From the NCBI GenBank assembly GCA_043748275.1, contig JAYTNO010000198.1:16008-80007 (forward strand): a stretch of 64,000 nucleotides of DNA. The letters run 5' to 3'. Shown one piece after another: positions 49,204-58,999 of the stretch. The position numbers and the translations under genes are program-made. The notes below the pieces were generated by a model, which was not told where the DNA came from, ran no database searches, and saw only the letters and a list, made by a program, of their open reading frames with translations. Origin of the DNA: Flavobacterium sp. GTDB lineage: Bacteria; Bacteroidota; Bacteroidia; Flavobacteriales; Flavobacteriaceae. Position 1 is the first letter of the stretch; the number at the start of each line of letters is the position of its first letter.

Positions 49204-49433
49204 TCTAATTTTGATTTAAATTTTTTATTACAAGCCAAACAGGTTACGGTTGTTTTCTCACAAGTTCCAGCAACCCAGTCAATGTAGGTATGCTTGTTTT
49301 TGTGTTGGCATTTTGGGTGCATCTTTTTATATTCTTTGCTATATTCAACAATTAACAATCCTACACCAACACCCACTATAAATGACACTATTGACATTTG
49401 TATATTTAAATTTATGATATCGGTTGGTGTCAT
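49197..49433 (-). CDS. Small TM + Cys-rich protein
   Basis: TM helix, CQH...CLAC. Confidence 0.6.
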   Translation of the reverse strand: MTPTDIINLNIQMSIVSFIVGVGVGLLIVEYSKEYKKMHPKCQHKNKHTYIDWVAGTCEKTTVTCLACNKKFKSKLEC

Positions 49434-49879
49434 TTGTATTTGCTTTTTACGATGCCCGAAAAGGCGGTTATTACTTTTGGAAGTTCAGTTGCGTTATCCA
49501 ATTTCAACAATGGTTTGCGCACTGGACATTTTTCAGACTTGAGCCAGTTTGAAAGCCGTTCTAGATCTGGAACTTCTTTGCCTTTGTCTATTGTGGTCCA
49601 ATTTATTTGATACATCATTGATAGGATGGCTTTGTGCTTCGAATTGTTTTTATCAAACTTTGCCCAATTTTCTGCAGCAGCTTCAGTAGGAACTGTTCCT
49701 GTTTGCTGATACATTATCTTAATAGCTTGGTCGTGGGTAATTGATTTAAGACTGGTGCGTGATGTATCACCAGTTACCCATTGTACCCATTCATTTTTCA
49801 TATCCACATTATAATTGCAATTGCGCATTATCGTGTTGATCTGATGTTTAGTAATTGGTTGTTCTGCTGTTGCTGTCAT
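49430..49879 (-). CDS. GemA/gp16-like regulatory protein
   Basis: RTSLKSIT.DQA; KPLLKL...ELPKVITAF. Confidence 0.55.
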   Translation of the reverse strand: MTATAEQPITKHQINTIMRNCNYNVDMKNEWVQWVTGDTSRTSLKSITHDQAIKIMYQQTGTVPTEAAAENWAKFDKNNSKHKAILSMMYQINWTTIDKGKEVPDLERLSNWLKSEKCPVRKPLLKLDNATELPKVITAFSGIVKSKYK

Positions 49880-50115
49880 TTGCTTTTAGTTATTTTAACC
49901 GGAAACTCTCCAATCACTTCTATTGCTGTTTGAATACCAAAATAAAATCCTTTTTTTAGCTCTTCAGGCATTTCAACTTTTTCACCATCTTTACTTTGAA
50001 ATAAAATTTTTGAATCATTTTTATTATCAATAAGTAACTGTAATTGCTCTATTTTTTTATCAAACCATTCATTTGTTTGTAGTATGATTTCTATATACTC
50101 ATCTTGTTTTGCCAT
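49876..50115 (-). CDS. Phage hypothetical protein
   Basis: 79-aa coupled ORF. Confidence 0.7.
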   Translation of the reverse strand: MAKQDEYIEIILQTNEWFDKKIEQLQLLIDNKNDSKILFQSKDGEKVEMPEELKKGFYFGIQTAIEVIGEFPVKITKSK

Positions 50116-50139
50116 TACTTTTTATTTTTATTGTTTTGT

Positions 50140-50184
50140 TCCCGGAGCAGGATTCGAACCTGTAAAAGCCATTTTCATCCGGGA
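50140..50184 (-). ncRNA. tRNA-like mini element (acceptor stem + T-arm)
   Basis: TCCCGGA...ACAGG-TTCGAAT-CCTGC-TCCGGGA. Confidence 0.6.
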
Positions 50185-50200
50185 GACCACTTAAAACTAA

Positions 50201-50365
50201 CTAACTATCTTTTTTCTTGATATTCTCTGGTAGATTGTCAAGAAACTTCTGAAAATCATATCGTAATGCGCCAAGAACCATAATTATCCATCCTAAGGCG
50301 AATAGTGCACCAAAAGCAAGAAATACCATTGCAATGATGTGGAAGGCTCGATGTAGCATTTCCAT
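50201..50365 (-). CDS. 54-aa single-TM protein (not in ORF track)
   Basis: MEMLHRAFHIIAMVFLAFGALFALGWIIMVLGALRY...; ATG overlaps the upstream TAA. Confidence 0.6.
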   Translation of the reverse strand: MEMLHRAFHIIAMVFLAFGALFALGWIIMVLGALRYDFQKFLDNLPENIKKKDS

Positions 50366-51048
50366 TATACTGTAAATCTGAATTCAACTTTCTTATTCTG
50401 ATTATCACCTACTTTTATAAATTTATAACCAGATACGTAGGTTGAGCCTTTCTGACGAATTTGAGCATTGACAATGATATCCATCCCTTCATCAAACTCA
50501 GGTGAATTGTAAGTTGCTCGCATCGCATTGAGTTGAATTATTTTTGAAGGATTCAACATTTTTGTTTTCATTGATGGTTTTAAAAGGAGTTTTACAGTTT
50601 CACTCATTTTTTTCATATTCTCATTTTCTTCATCATCTTCTTTGCTTGAAATTGCGGTGAGATAGTTCATGATTTTTTGAACGCCTGCCGTTTCAGAACC
50701 ATCGAAAGTAATTCCGACATTAAACCCAATGGTTATACTTGCAGAACCATCTTGATTTGTAATTGTATGACTGTCTTGATCTAATCTATCTAAACCATAC
50801 ACGTCTGCTTTTAGCTTCAGTATTTTATCGAAATTTCCAAAAATATTGGCAACTAATATCTCCTGGTCGTTTTGCCTTTGAATTAAACCATCAATATTTT
50901 CGTCAAGAAATGCCGATGATAATTCTTTTAACGTGGCAGTATCTTGTTTTTTTAATTCTTTTTTTTGTTTTTCTTCTTTTTGAAGATCTAGACGCATTTG
51001 CTTTTTTTGCTCGTCTGTTAATTTTGAAATGTCAATTGCTTCGCTCAT
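50365..51048 (-). CDS. DUF3164-like protein
   Basis: QDSHTITN.DG...ITIG. Confidence 0.7.
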   Translation of the reverse strand: MSEAIDISKLTDEQKKQMRLDLQKEEKQKKELKKQDTATLKELSSAFLDENIDGLIQRQNDQEILVANIFGNFDKILKLKADVYGLDRLDQDSHTITNQDGSASITIGFNVGITFDGSETAGVQKIMNYLTAISSKEDDEENENMKKMSETVKLLLKPSMKTKMLNPSKIIQLNAMRATYNSPEFDEGMDIIVNAQIRQKGSTYVSGYKFIKVGDNQNKKVEFRFTV

Positions 51049-51070
51049 TGTGATTATTTTTAATTTGTTA

Positions 51071-51331
51071 TTAGTATTTATATTCTACAGGTATCAGTGG
51101 ATTCCAATTATTTGATTTTATTTGATCCATTACAAACTGTATTTTTTCTTCGAGTTCTGGAGGTTGTATGTAATTATCTAATTCATTGAAAATTCTACCT
51201 CGCTCTTGGTTTATTAGTGTTCTTTGGGCTTGAGTAAAATAACCAGCTTTACCGTTGTCTTTTTTAAAACTATCATATTGTAAAACCAAGCCTAGATTGA
51301 TTAGTCTTTTGTTAGGAGTAAATATTTTCAT
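51071..51331 (-). CDS. Phage hypothetical protein
   Basis: 86-aa ORF in the early operon. Confidence 0.65.
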   Translation of the reverse strand: MKIFTPNKRLINLGLVLQYDSFKKDNGKAGYFTQAQRTLINQERGRIFNELDNYIQPPELEEKIQFVMDQIKSNNWNPLIPVEYKY

Positions 51332-51334
51332 AGG

Positions 51335-51682
51335 TTAATTAAGGTGGTTGATTACTTTTAGTGATTTGGCGGCTTCAATCAATGGCATCGGATAATTTGT
51401 ATAAATATCTACCATGATCAAATCATAATTTTCTAGCATTATGTGATAATCAACAATACCATCTAATCTAGCTGCAACTATTTTAAAGTTATGCTCGAGT
51501 TCTAAAAATTGACCTCTGAAATAATTAGAAATCATTGTGTTTGTTAACAAACATTGTAGATTTACTTTGTGGTTTTTTGCTAAATTTTCGCACCATCTTA
51601 TATACAATGACATTACATTTGTATCATATTGCTCTTCTGTTAAACCAAGATATTGGTGCGTGTTTTTTACTGTTGTTTGCAT
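51335..51682 (-). CDS. Phage hypothetical protein
   Basis: 115-aa ORF in the early operon. Confidence 0.7.
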   Translation of the reverse strand: MQTTVKNTHQYLGLTEEQYDTNVMSLYIRWCENLAKNHKVNLQCLLTNTMISNYFRGQFLELEHNFKIVAARLDGIVDYHIMLENYDLIMVDIYTNYPMPLIEAAKSLKVINHLN

Positions 51683-51685
51683 AAT

Positions 51686-52324
51686 TTACCCTTTTTGTAA
51701 TAGTTTAAGTTGTCTCTCGTTTGCACCATGTTCCCAAATAACTCTTGGCTCGTAGGCTTCGAATCTGTTTTTGAGAATGGTTGCTATAAAATCTTTTACA
51801 TTTACGACAATGTCAGCGTCGTAATAAATATCTTCAGCAATTTTACCTTTTGGCATTTTGCCATCGGCGCCAGAAATCCAAATGAAAGTTGTGTTTTCAA
51901 ATCGGGCTATAAAATCAAAATAATCCTTGCTTCTTTTACCTCTAAAAAAATATTGAACAGAATCTATAATTACTATTTTAGCCTGCCTTTTGCGGTTGAG
52001 TCTATTTGATAATTCATCATAATCTTCACTTTGATAATTGAAATTGTTCACTCCTTTCATATTATTTCTCTTGAGCGATAATTTGAATGATTTCTTGGTA
52101 CCTTCTTCTCTTGTGTTGTAGTGCAATTTGTAATTGCCGCATAATTCTTTTGCAACTTGTAAAGCATAATTAGTTTTACCGTGACCAGATTCGCCAAATA
52201 TTAACCAATGACTATTACCTAATTGAGGCTCACCAAGATGTTGTTTCCAATCATCGCTGACTGTTATTTCTAGGAACTTAATTTTATCAATATCGTTATA
52301 CGATAATGCTTTTTTAACTGCCAT
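51686..52324 (-). CDS. P-loop ATPase (RecA/Sms-like)
   Basis: GESGHGKT, VIIDSVQY. Confidence 0.85.
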   Translation of the reverse strand: MAVKKALSYNDIDKIKFLEITVSDDWKQHLGEPQLGNSHWLIFGESGHGKTNYALQVAKELCGNYKLHYNTREEGTKKSFKLSLKRNNMKGVNNFNYQSEDYDELSNRLNRKRQAKIVIIDSVQYFFRGKRSKDYFDFIARFENTTFIWISGADGKMPKGKIAEDIYYDADIVVNVKDFIATILKNRFEAYEPRVIWEHGANERQLKLLQKG

Positions 52325-52325
52325 T

Positions 52326-53165
52326 TTACGCAGCTTTTTTATTCATAAAATGCTTTTGAACATCTCTTTTCACCCGACGCATATCATCCTCGCAATTGTC
52401 AAATATTGCTTCGATTTGGTCGATATCATCAACGCCATTGGCTTTGCAAATTTTTGAAACATCTTGTATAGTTGCAGCATTGAGTTTTAACCATTTTCTA
52501 CCTAACCTGGACCAACATTCATGATATCCTGATTTGTCATTATTAACACCTCTTCGAAATCTTTTCTCTAGTGCAGGTGTTCCAGATAGAACAAATCCAC
52601 AATTGCTCAAATTGTTGAAAAAATCAATAAATAAATCGAGTGAAGTATCCTTTAATTTGTCGAGCTGATCTAATATTACAATTGGTTCTTTGAGCGCACT
52701 AACATGATCAATAAATTTCTCAATTATCTCTTCGGTGGTACCAAAGTCATCTAATCCGCACGCAGTAACTAATGCTTTTGAAAAGCTTTTTTGCTTCCAA
52801 AATGTCATACATTCTATATAAATGACGTTTGGATTTGTTTTAGCAAACAATTTGTAAGTTTCGCTTTTACCAGCGCCAGCTTTGTCGGCTATTCCAAAAC
52901 TCAATGATTGTTGTTTTGCCATTGCCAAGTGCTTGTGTATGTATTCTAAATTTGATGTTTGAGCAGTATTCCAGTTTAGTTCAATTTTGAGTTTTACCAT
53001 CACCTTTTGCCACATTTCGGATTTAATGAGTTCCCATTTTCCATTAACAATATGGTTGATGGTTGCTCCTGAAACTCCTGCTTTATTGGCAAGCTTGTTT
53101 TGAGAGGTCAGCGTAAGTAAGTACTTGACTTCCTTAGCGATTAGTTGTTTTTGTTCGTTTGTCAT
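52326..53165 (-). CDS. MuB-like transposition ATPase with N-terminal HTH
   Basis: SQNKLANKAGVSGATI, AGAGKS, VILDQLDKL. Confidence 0.85.
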   Translation of the reverse strand: MTNEQKQLIAKEVKYLLTLTSQNKLANKAGVSGATINHIVNGKWELIKSEMWQKVMVKLKIELNWNTAQTSNLEYIHKHLAMAKQQSLSFGIADKAGAGKSETYKLFAKTNPNVIYIECMTFWKQKSFSKALVTACGLDDFGTTEEIIEKFIDHVSALKEPIVILDQLDKLKDTSLDLFIDFFNNLSNCGFVLSGTPALEKRFRRGVNNDKSGYHECWSRLGRKWLKLNAATIQDVSKICKANGVDDIDQIEAIFDNCEDDMRRVKRDVQKHFMNKKAA

Positions 53166-53177
53166 AATTAGTTTTAG

Positions 53178-55160
53178 TTAAAAGTCGTATTCGTTTGATT
53201 CTGCAAGCGTTCTTTCTATTTTTGTAATGTTGCCACCCATTTTTATTTTTAATTCTTGTTGCTCAATCATACTTTGTCTTGAGATACCAGTACGTGCTAC
53301 TATGTCATCGTATGCTTTTTTATCGCGTTTAAGTTCTGCTTCTTGGGTTTGAAAATCTTTGAGCCATTGTGCTTTTTGACCTTCAGTCATTAACACTGGT
53401 ATACTTTCGTGTGTTCGTTTTGGTTGCGCTACAGCTACAAGTGTCATTTGTCCTTCTGGAGATTTTTGATACAGTTGAACATAACTGTCTAAATATTCTG
53501 GATTGTAGCGTACTATGAATTTTTTACCAACATTTACTCTTCTAAATTCTATGTCGATATCGTTATTATAGTCATACACTTCAAAAGCATAATCTGTACC
53601 TGCTAGATTCATCGTGATACCATCACGCTTGTAAGTTATTTGTCGTTTACTTTCGGCAACCCACATAATAGATGCAATTTCAAGATGTGATAATTCTTCT
53701 TTAATTGGCATCGGATATTCGTAAACTTCATTTCGTGTTTTTCCTTTTATCACACCGTGTTCTGCATTATTCCACTCATTAACTGTAATTTTCCAAGCTT
53801 TGATTAGATCTTCTTTTTTCATCAAACGATCTTTGTTTTCAGAGATAAAATCCTCATTCATTTTATTGTTATTGCTTCTTACTTTTACAGATTGTTTATC
53901 ACTAAACCACCACATATTGGCAACTTGCTGTTGAAACCTTTTGAATAATTGCTCAGCTGGGTTTGATTTTTGTCCAACCTTGTGATGGTAATGTGTGCCA
54001 CCTTCTCGTGCTACTAGACTACCATAAAGTTCTTGCATTCTAGACATCATGTGTCCTGATTGTTTATCGTAGGTTATTAGATAAGGACGAACTTGGGTAT
54101 GATTAATTGCCATGTTTACTGACTTAATATGATCAAAGTGAGTTTCAGTTTCCGAGTAACTCCAGCCTAATATTTTCTCAGAAAAAACATCAAACAATGG
54201 ATCTATCTTAAGTTTAGCAGCCATTTTGTTTGAACTTTCACTATCGAAGTGAATCCAGTCTAGTTTAGAACCATCTATTGCCCAATGAACGTTAGGGAAC
54301 CATTGCGATTTATCTCGTTGAATTGAGTTTGCAAATTGCTTACGATAGGCATCTTTACCATCGCGAGCTAAAATCCAAATGCGCATTTGTTCTGGTTCAT
54401 ACAGCCAATTATAAATTGCTTGATCAGTTAGATCTTCCCACAATGGATTTATTATTTGATTTTCGGCATATTTTGCCATCAATTGTGGTATTGATAGTTT
54501 GATTGGTAAACAATATTGAGCTAATATGAAATCAGCGGTATCGCCTTTAATTTTTTGGGCATTTTTCTGACCTTCGCCTTTGTGCAGAAATATTTCGTAG
54601 TTGTTTGGGTAATATTCTTCATACTTAGCTTTTAATCTTCGCCAGTTTCCGGGTAATGAGAAGATCCATTTTTCAGAATTGATGGCATTAACTGCTTCAC
54701 TAATATTGATCCATATTCCGGTTGTTTTGCGCCCAAACATTTTTACTTGTACCGATTTGTCTTTAAATACCATTTGAATAGCATTTAAAATCATTGCATT
54801 GGTAGCTTTCTCACGTTGATCCTCTAATGATAATGATTTGCCACAAGGCTTGCGGTGTTGTGCAAAAAAAGCAATGGCTTTGCTATCTGGAAATAGGTAG
54901 TTTTCTAACTGATTACGAACTACAACATCTTTTGGGTTGCCAATGTTATGAAAACAAATTTGTTTAAAATCTATACCTTTATGAATTGGCAAATCATATA
55001 CACTTACATAAGCTTCATTATCTGCGCCTTTTCCAAGTTTTGTTCTTATCAGCTTACCACGTCTACATAAGTTTTGATAATTATCATATGAAATTAATCC
55101 CCAATCCTCGTAGATTAGTTTGGCAGGTATTGATAGCGTGTTGTTATGATATTCGTACAT
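53178..55160 (-). CDS. MuA-like DDE transposase
   Basis: WAIDGSK, YDKQSG, PAEQLF triad; VRYNP. Confidence 0.88.
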   Translation of the reverse strand: MYEYHNNTLSIPAKLIYEDWGLISYDNYQNLCRRGKLIRTKLGKGADNEAYVSVYDLPIHKGIDFKQICFHNIGNPKDVVVRNQLENYLFPDSKAIAFFAQHRKPCGKSLSLEDQREKATNAMILNAIQMVFKDKSVQVKMFGRKTTGIWINISEAVNAINSEKWIFSLPGNWRRLKAKYEEYYPNNYEIFLHKGEGQKNAQKIKGDTADFILAQYCLPIKLSIPQLMAKYAENQIINPLWEDLTDQAIYNWLYEPEQMRIWILARDGKDAYRKQFANSIQRDKSQWFPNVHWAIDGSKLDWIHFDSESSNKMAAKLKIDPLFDVFSEKILGWSYSETETHFDHIKSVNMAINHTQVRPYLITYDKQSGHMMSRMQELYGSLVAREGGTHYHHKVGQKSNPAEQLFKRFQQQVANMWWFSDKQSVKVRSNNNKMNEDFISENKDRLMKKEDLIKAWKITVNEWNNAEHGVIKGKTRNEVYEYPMPIKEELSHLEIASIMWVAESKRQITYKRDGITMNLAGTDYAFEVYDYNNDIDIEFRRVNVGKKFIVRYNPEYLDSYVQLYQKSPEGQMTLVAVAQPKRTHESIPVLMTEGQKAQWLKDFQTQEAELKRDKKAYDDIVARTGISRQSMIEQQELKIKMGGNITKIERTLAESNEYDF

Positions 55161-55176
55161 ACATAAATTTTATTTG

Positions 55177-55219
55177 TTCCCGAACTGGACTCGAACCAGT
55201 GATGTATGCCATTCGGGAG
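55177..55219 (-). ncRNA. tRNA-like mini element (acceptor stem + T-arm)
   Basis: TCCCGA...ACTGG-TTCGAGT-CCAGT-TCGGGA. Confidence 0.6.
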
Positions 55220-55708
55220 GAATTACTATATTTACCGTCTCACTTATAAATAATAGTAACTATGACTTCTAAAGAAAAAATTAAAGAACTTGAATCTGTA
55301 ATTGATAATTTGCTAGTTCAAAGCGGACTTTCAATGGCAAAACAGGGCGCATTAGTACAGATGGTTTTAGGTATTTATCGCGAAACACTAGATAAAGACA
55401 ATTCAAATTTGGGAGCGATATTCTCTTGATGTTCTTGATGGTCTGAAGGAATGTGTTTATGACCAAGAAATAATTGATCGTCAAAAACTTGAGATTCATG
55501 CCAACGTCGAACAGATGAAGAAATCATTTTTAAACTAGATTTATTATAGAATTTTTCTATATTTTTAGCTTTTACTGTACTTTTTAACATACCTAAATAT
55601 TTTTTACGTTAGAAAATGTTGAACTGACAACTTTGTCGTTCATTAGAATTTGAGTTTCTATAACTTCATAAGTAAAGTCACAGTTTACGTGATGGATGAT
55701 GCGTGTTT

Positions 55709-55915
55709 TCATAGTTTGTTTTCTTTATTGATTATTGCTTTTTTTGATTCGTTATCTAGTATGAAGTATTCTTTTTTCATTTGTTCTGGAAATTTGCCTA
55801 CACGATCTCCAGTAATAGATTTTCGGATATAGTCAAAACCAAACCCATACCTGTCTTTTAAAATTTTTAAAACATCTTGATTATAAGAGGTTCTTTTTTT
55901 TGTAAGTTTGTCCAT
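55709..55915 (-). CDS. Ner/Cro-like small DNA-binding protein
   Basis: First early gene, divergent from the repressor; HTH-like YGFGFDYIRKSITGDR. Confidence 0.65.
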   Translation of the reverse strand: MDKLTKKRTSYNQDVLKILKDRYGFGFDYIRKSITGDRVGKFPEQMKKEYFILDNESKKAIINKENKL

Positions 55916-55941
55916 TGGTGTTTTTTGTATTTTAATTAATA

Positions 55942-55995
55942 CAAATATATTCACATAATTTGAATATATACAAATTATAATTCACTTTTTTTGAT
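55942..55995. promoter_or_regulatory. Early promoter with operator palindromes
   Basis: Minus-strand TTTG-N21-TATATTTG; perfect IR ATATATTCA-N7-TGAATATAT (55945-55969) and a degenerate copy. Confidence 0.7.
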
Positions 55996-56010
55996 TTTTA
56001 TTTTAATGCT

Positions 56011-56667
56011 ATGGATAAATCATTGATTTTAAATAAGATAAAAGAATATCTAAACATTCGTTTTGATAAAGATTTTGCAAATTATTTAGGAATAAAGACA
56101 ACAACACTTGCAATGTGGTATAGTCGAAATACTTATGATGTAGAATTATTATTCAAAAAATGTGAATTTTTAAATTCTGAATGGCTTTTAACCGGAGAAG
56201 GATCGATGTTAAAAAGTAAGAGTCTAAAAAAACCACATACTATTGATATTGATAAGCAGGTTATTGGTATTCCTATGCTTCCTTTTGATGCTTTTGCAGG
56301 AATTGGAGATAGTTCTATAACTGGTGTAAACTTTGATACTATTGAGGAGCGTTACGTAGTACCATTGTTTGATGGTATAAAAATTGATTTTATGATTCCT
56401 GTTCGTGGATCTAGTATGTACCCAAAATATAGCAGTGGAGATGTGGTTGCGTGTAGATTGATAGACGAATTGCTTTTTATACAATGGAATAAAGTATACG
56501 TGATTGATAGCAATAGTCAAGGTGTAATAATGAAACGACTTTTAAAGGGCGATGACAATGATCATATTATTTGCCGTAGTGATAACAAAGATTATGATGA
56601 TTTTAATGTACCTATGACCGATATTAGAAGTATTGCTATTATAGTTGGTGTTATTAGATTAGAATAA
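56011..56667 (+). CDS. CI-like repressor (HTH + S24 peptidase)
   Basis: WLLTGEG, VRGSSMYP, MKRL, SDN. Confidence 0.9.
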   Translation: MDKSLILNKIKEYLNIRFDKDFANYLGIKTTTLAMWYSRNTYDVELLFKKCEFLNSEWLLTGEGSMLKSKSLKKPHTIDIDKQVIGIPMLPFDAFAGIGDSSITGVNFDTIEERYVVPLFDGIKIDFMIPVRGSSMYPKYSSGDVVACRLIDELLFIQWNKVYVIDSNSQGVIMKRLLKGDDNDHIICRSDNKDYDDFNVPMTDIRSIAIIVGVIRLE

Positions 56668-56809
56668 AATACTGATAATTAACAACTTAAATAATTTTTA
56701 TAAGGTTTTTTGATGTCATAACAGAGTACTTATAGAGCGTTATTTGTCTTTTACAGATGCTAAAAGTGTCATTACTGTATATTTATACTACATTTTTTTA
56801 TATGATTTT

Positions 56810-57060
56810 TGACCACCTTAATGACCACCTTAATGACTATTTTAACTTTAATATTAAAAAGTAGTGGTTTCGCGTTTTGTTATTATATAAGCATAAAAAA
56901 GCCCTCAATATGAGAGCTTGTTTATGGTTTTATAGCTTGTAAATGGTGGTTATATGGGTATTTGTTCTAGTTAATGGTAGTTGTTGCCTTAAAAGGGTAG
57001 TTATTGTCTTTTTAAATGGTAGTTAAATAGTAGTAAATGGTATATTAATGCACATTTTAT
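56810..57060. repeat. Short repeats near the repressor-proximal prophage end
   Basis: (TGACCACCTTAA)x2 at 56810-56833; about six AATGGTAGTT-like copies at 56942-57045. Confidence 0.6.
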
Positions 57061-57376
57061 TTAAATTTTATTTTGCATCTTTTTTAGTCTAAAGTACTAA
57101 TTTTATTGATGTTTTCGACCTTTTTTATATTAGTTAATTATGTACTATTTGTTTTAGGGCCTATAAAACGGATTAAGAAAAAAGGAGTAAAAAAAATTTA
57201 ACTTAATATTATGATATTCAGCACAATGTAATTAAATGTTGAGCGTTATTAGTGTATCATTAATTTGATGTTAGTTTAGTTTTGTTTAGGTTTATAAAAA
57301 AAGACGTTCAGGAATTTTCTTGAACGTCTTTTGAATTTATACTTATCTTTGTCTTAAAATAAACCTAAGAAACGAA

Positions 57377-58948
57377 ATGAAGCTAAGATTTACCGAAATA
57401 TTCAATGCAAAGAATTGTTTTTTATTGCTGTTTTTTTCAATTCATTTTGTAAAAGCCCAAGTTCCACACATAAGTTATAGTACTCCCAATAGTTTGAATG
57501 TAGGAATGTCAATTTCTCCAATTTCTCCAACAAATTCAGGCGGAATGGTTTCTAATCAAACCCTTGTTACAACTTATGCAGGTTCAGGATTAGAAGGTTC
57601 TACCAATGGCAATGGTATTCAAGCTAGTTTTAATTTGCCAACTGTAGTGACGGTAGATGCATCAGGAATTGTTTATGTGGTTGATAGAATCAACCATTTA
57701 ATTAGAAAAATAACCACCAATGGCGATGTTACCACTTTTGCAGGAACTGGTTTGGCAGGTTCAACCGATGGATTGGGCACAGTAGCTAGTTTTAATTATC
57801 CAGATGCAGCAGTATTAGACTCAAACGGCAATCTTTTTGTAACCGACCAAAGTAATCATAAAATCAGGAAAATTACACCAGAAGGATTAGTGAGTACTTT
57901 TGCTGGTTCAGGAACTATTGGTGCTACAGACGGACAAGGAATTAACGCAAAATTTTATTATCCTGCAGGAATTGCTGTTGATGCTAATAATAATTTATTG
58001 GTTGCAGATTATGGAAACAATAAAATCAGAAAAATCACTCCAGAAGGTTTGGTGAGTACTTTTGCTGGTTCTGGTGTTTCTGGAACTTTAGACGGAAATG
58101 TTTTGACTGCTCAATTTAATGGCGCTACAGGAGTTTGTGTAGATAGTTTTGGGACAGTTTTTGTTGCCGATTATTTCAATAATACTATTAGAAAAATTAC
58201 TACATCTGGAGAAGTGACAACTTTAGCAGGAAACGGAACGCCTGGCTCAAGTGATGGTTTTGGTGCTAATGCTAGTTTTCATTATCCAGCAATTATAGCT
58301 GTTGATGCTCAAAATAATTTATTTATAACCGATGAACAAAACCATAAAATCAGAAAAATATTGGTTACTGGCGAAGTAACCACTTATGCTGGTACAGGAA
58401 ATTTGGGTGCAACTGATGGCGCAACTAATGTGGCAGAATTTAATTTTCCGACTGGTGTTTTTGTAGATGTGTTTCAGAATATTTACATAGCTGATTATGG
58501 TAATAATAAAATCAGAAAAATAAAAACCTACGGATATTCTATTGTACCAACATTGCCTGCAGGATTGGTTTTTGACGCTAATACTGGAACAATAAGTGGT
58601 ACTCCAACAACTTCGTTTCCAACTACAAATTTTACCGTAACAGCATCTAATATTTCTGGAGAAAGTACTTTTATCTTGACTTTAGAAGCCAATCAATTAT
58701 CAACCGAAGAATTCCAACAATCAAGTATCAAATATTACCCAAATCCTGTCGAAAACACTTTGCAGATTTCGAGTTCAGAAAAAATGAATTCCATTACTGT
58801 ATTAAATATTCTTGGTCAAGAAATCAAGAAATATTTGGTAAATGAGAATGCTTCAAAAATTGATTTTTCTACATTAGAAAGTGGTATTTATTGGGTTAAA
58901 GTGAAAACAATTTCAGGTGAGAATAGTTTTAAAATAAATAGAAAATAA
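57377..58948 (+). CDS. NHL-repeat beta-propeller protein with Ig-like domain and T9SS CTD
   Basis: Six FNxP...D..N..IRKI repeats; LPAGLVFDANTGTISGTP; YPNP CTD. Confidence 0.9.
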   Translation: MKLRFTEIFNAKNCFLLLFFSIHFVKAQVPHISYSTPNSLNVGMSISPISPTNSGGMVSNQTLVTTYAGSGLEGSTNGNGIQASFNLPTVVTVDASGIVYVVDRINHLIRKITTNGDVTTFAGTGLAGSTDGLGTVASFNYPDAAVLDSNGNLFVTDQSNHKIRKITPEGLVSTFAGSGTIGATDGQGINAKFYYPAGIAVDANNNLLVADYGNNKIRKITPEGLVSTFAGSGVSGTLDGNVLTAQFNGATGVCVDSFGTVFVADYFNNTIRKITTSGEVTTLAGNGTPGSSDGFGANASFHYPAIIAVDAQNNLFITDEQNHKIRKILVTGEVTTYAGTGNLGATDGATNVAEFNFPTGVFVDVFQNIYIADYGNNKIRKIKTYGYSIVPTLPAGLVFDANTGTISGTPTTSFPTTNFTVTASNISGESTFILTLEANQLSTEEFQQSSIKYYPNPVENTLQISSSEKMNSITVLNILGQEIKKYLVNENASKIDFSTLESGIYWVKVKTISGENSFKINRK

Positions 58949-58999
58949 AAAGACTTCCGTTTTTAGGAAGTCTTTCATTTATATAAAATTTGGAATAGC

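Larger units (their letters stand above)
20586..57165 (-). mobile_element. Mu-like transposable prophage (myovirus), apparently complete
   Basis: DDE transposase, MuB-like ATPase, repressor, terminase, portal, MuF, capsid, sheath and baseplate genes; in-register imperfect terminal inverted repeats. Confidence 0.92.

Noticed and set aside
50140-55219. tRNA genes or tRNA-derived att sites suggested by GGTTCGA motifs
   Set aside because: Only about 45 nt each, no anticodon arm or CCA, internal to the phage, and no integrase; kept as mini-elements.
57560-58530. Periodic repeats that could suggest a CRISPR array
   Set aside because: Degenerate in-frame NHL protein repeats; no identical repeats with spacers and no cas genes.
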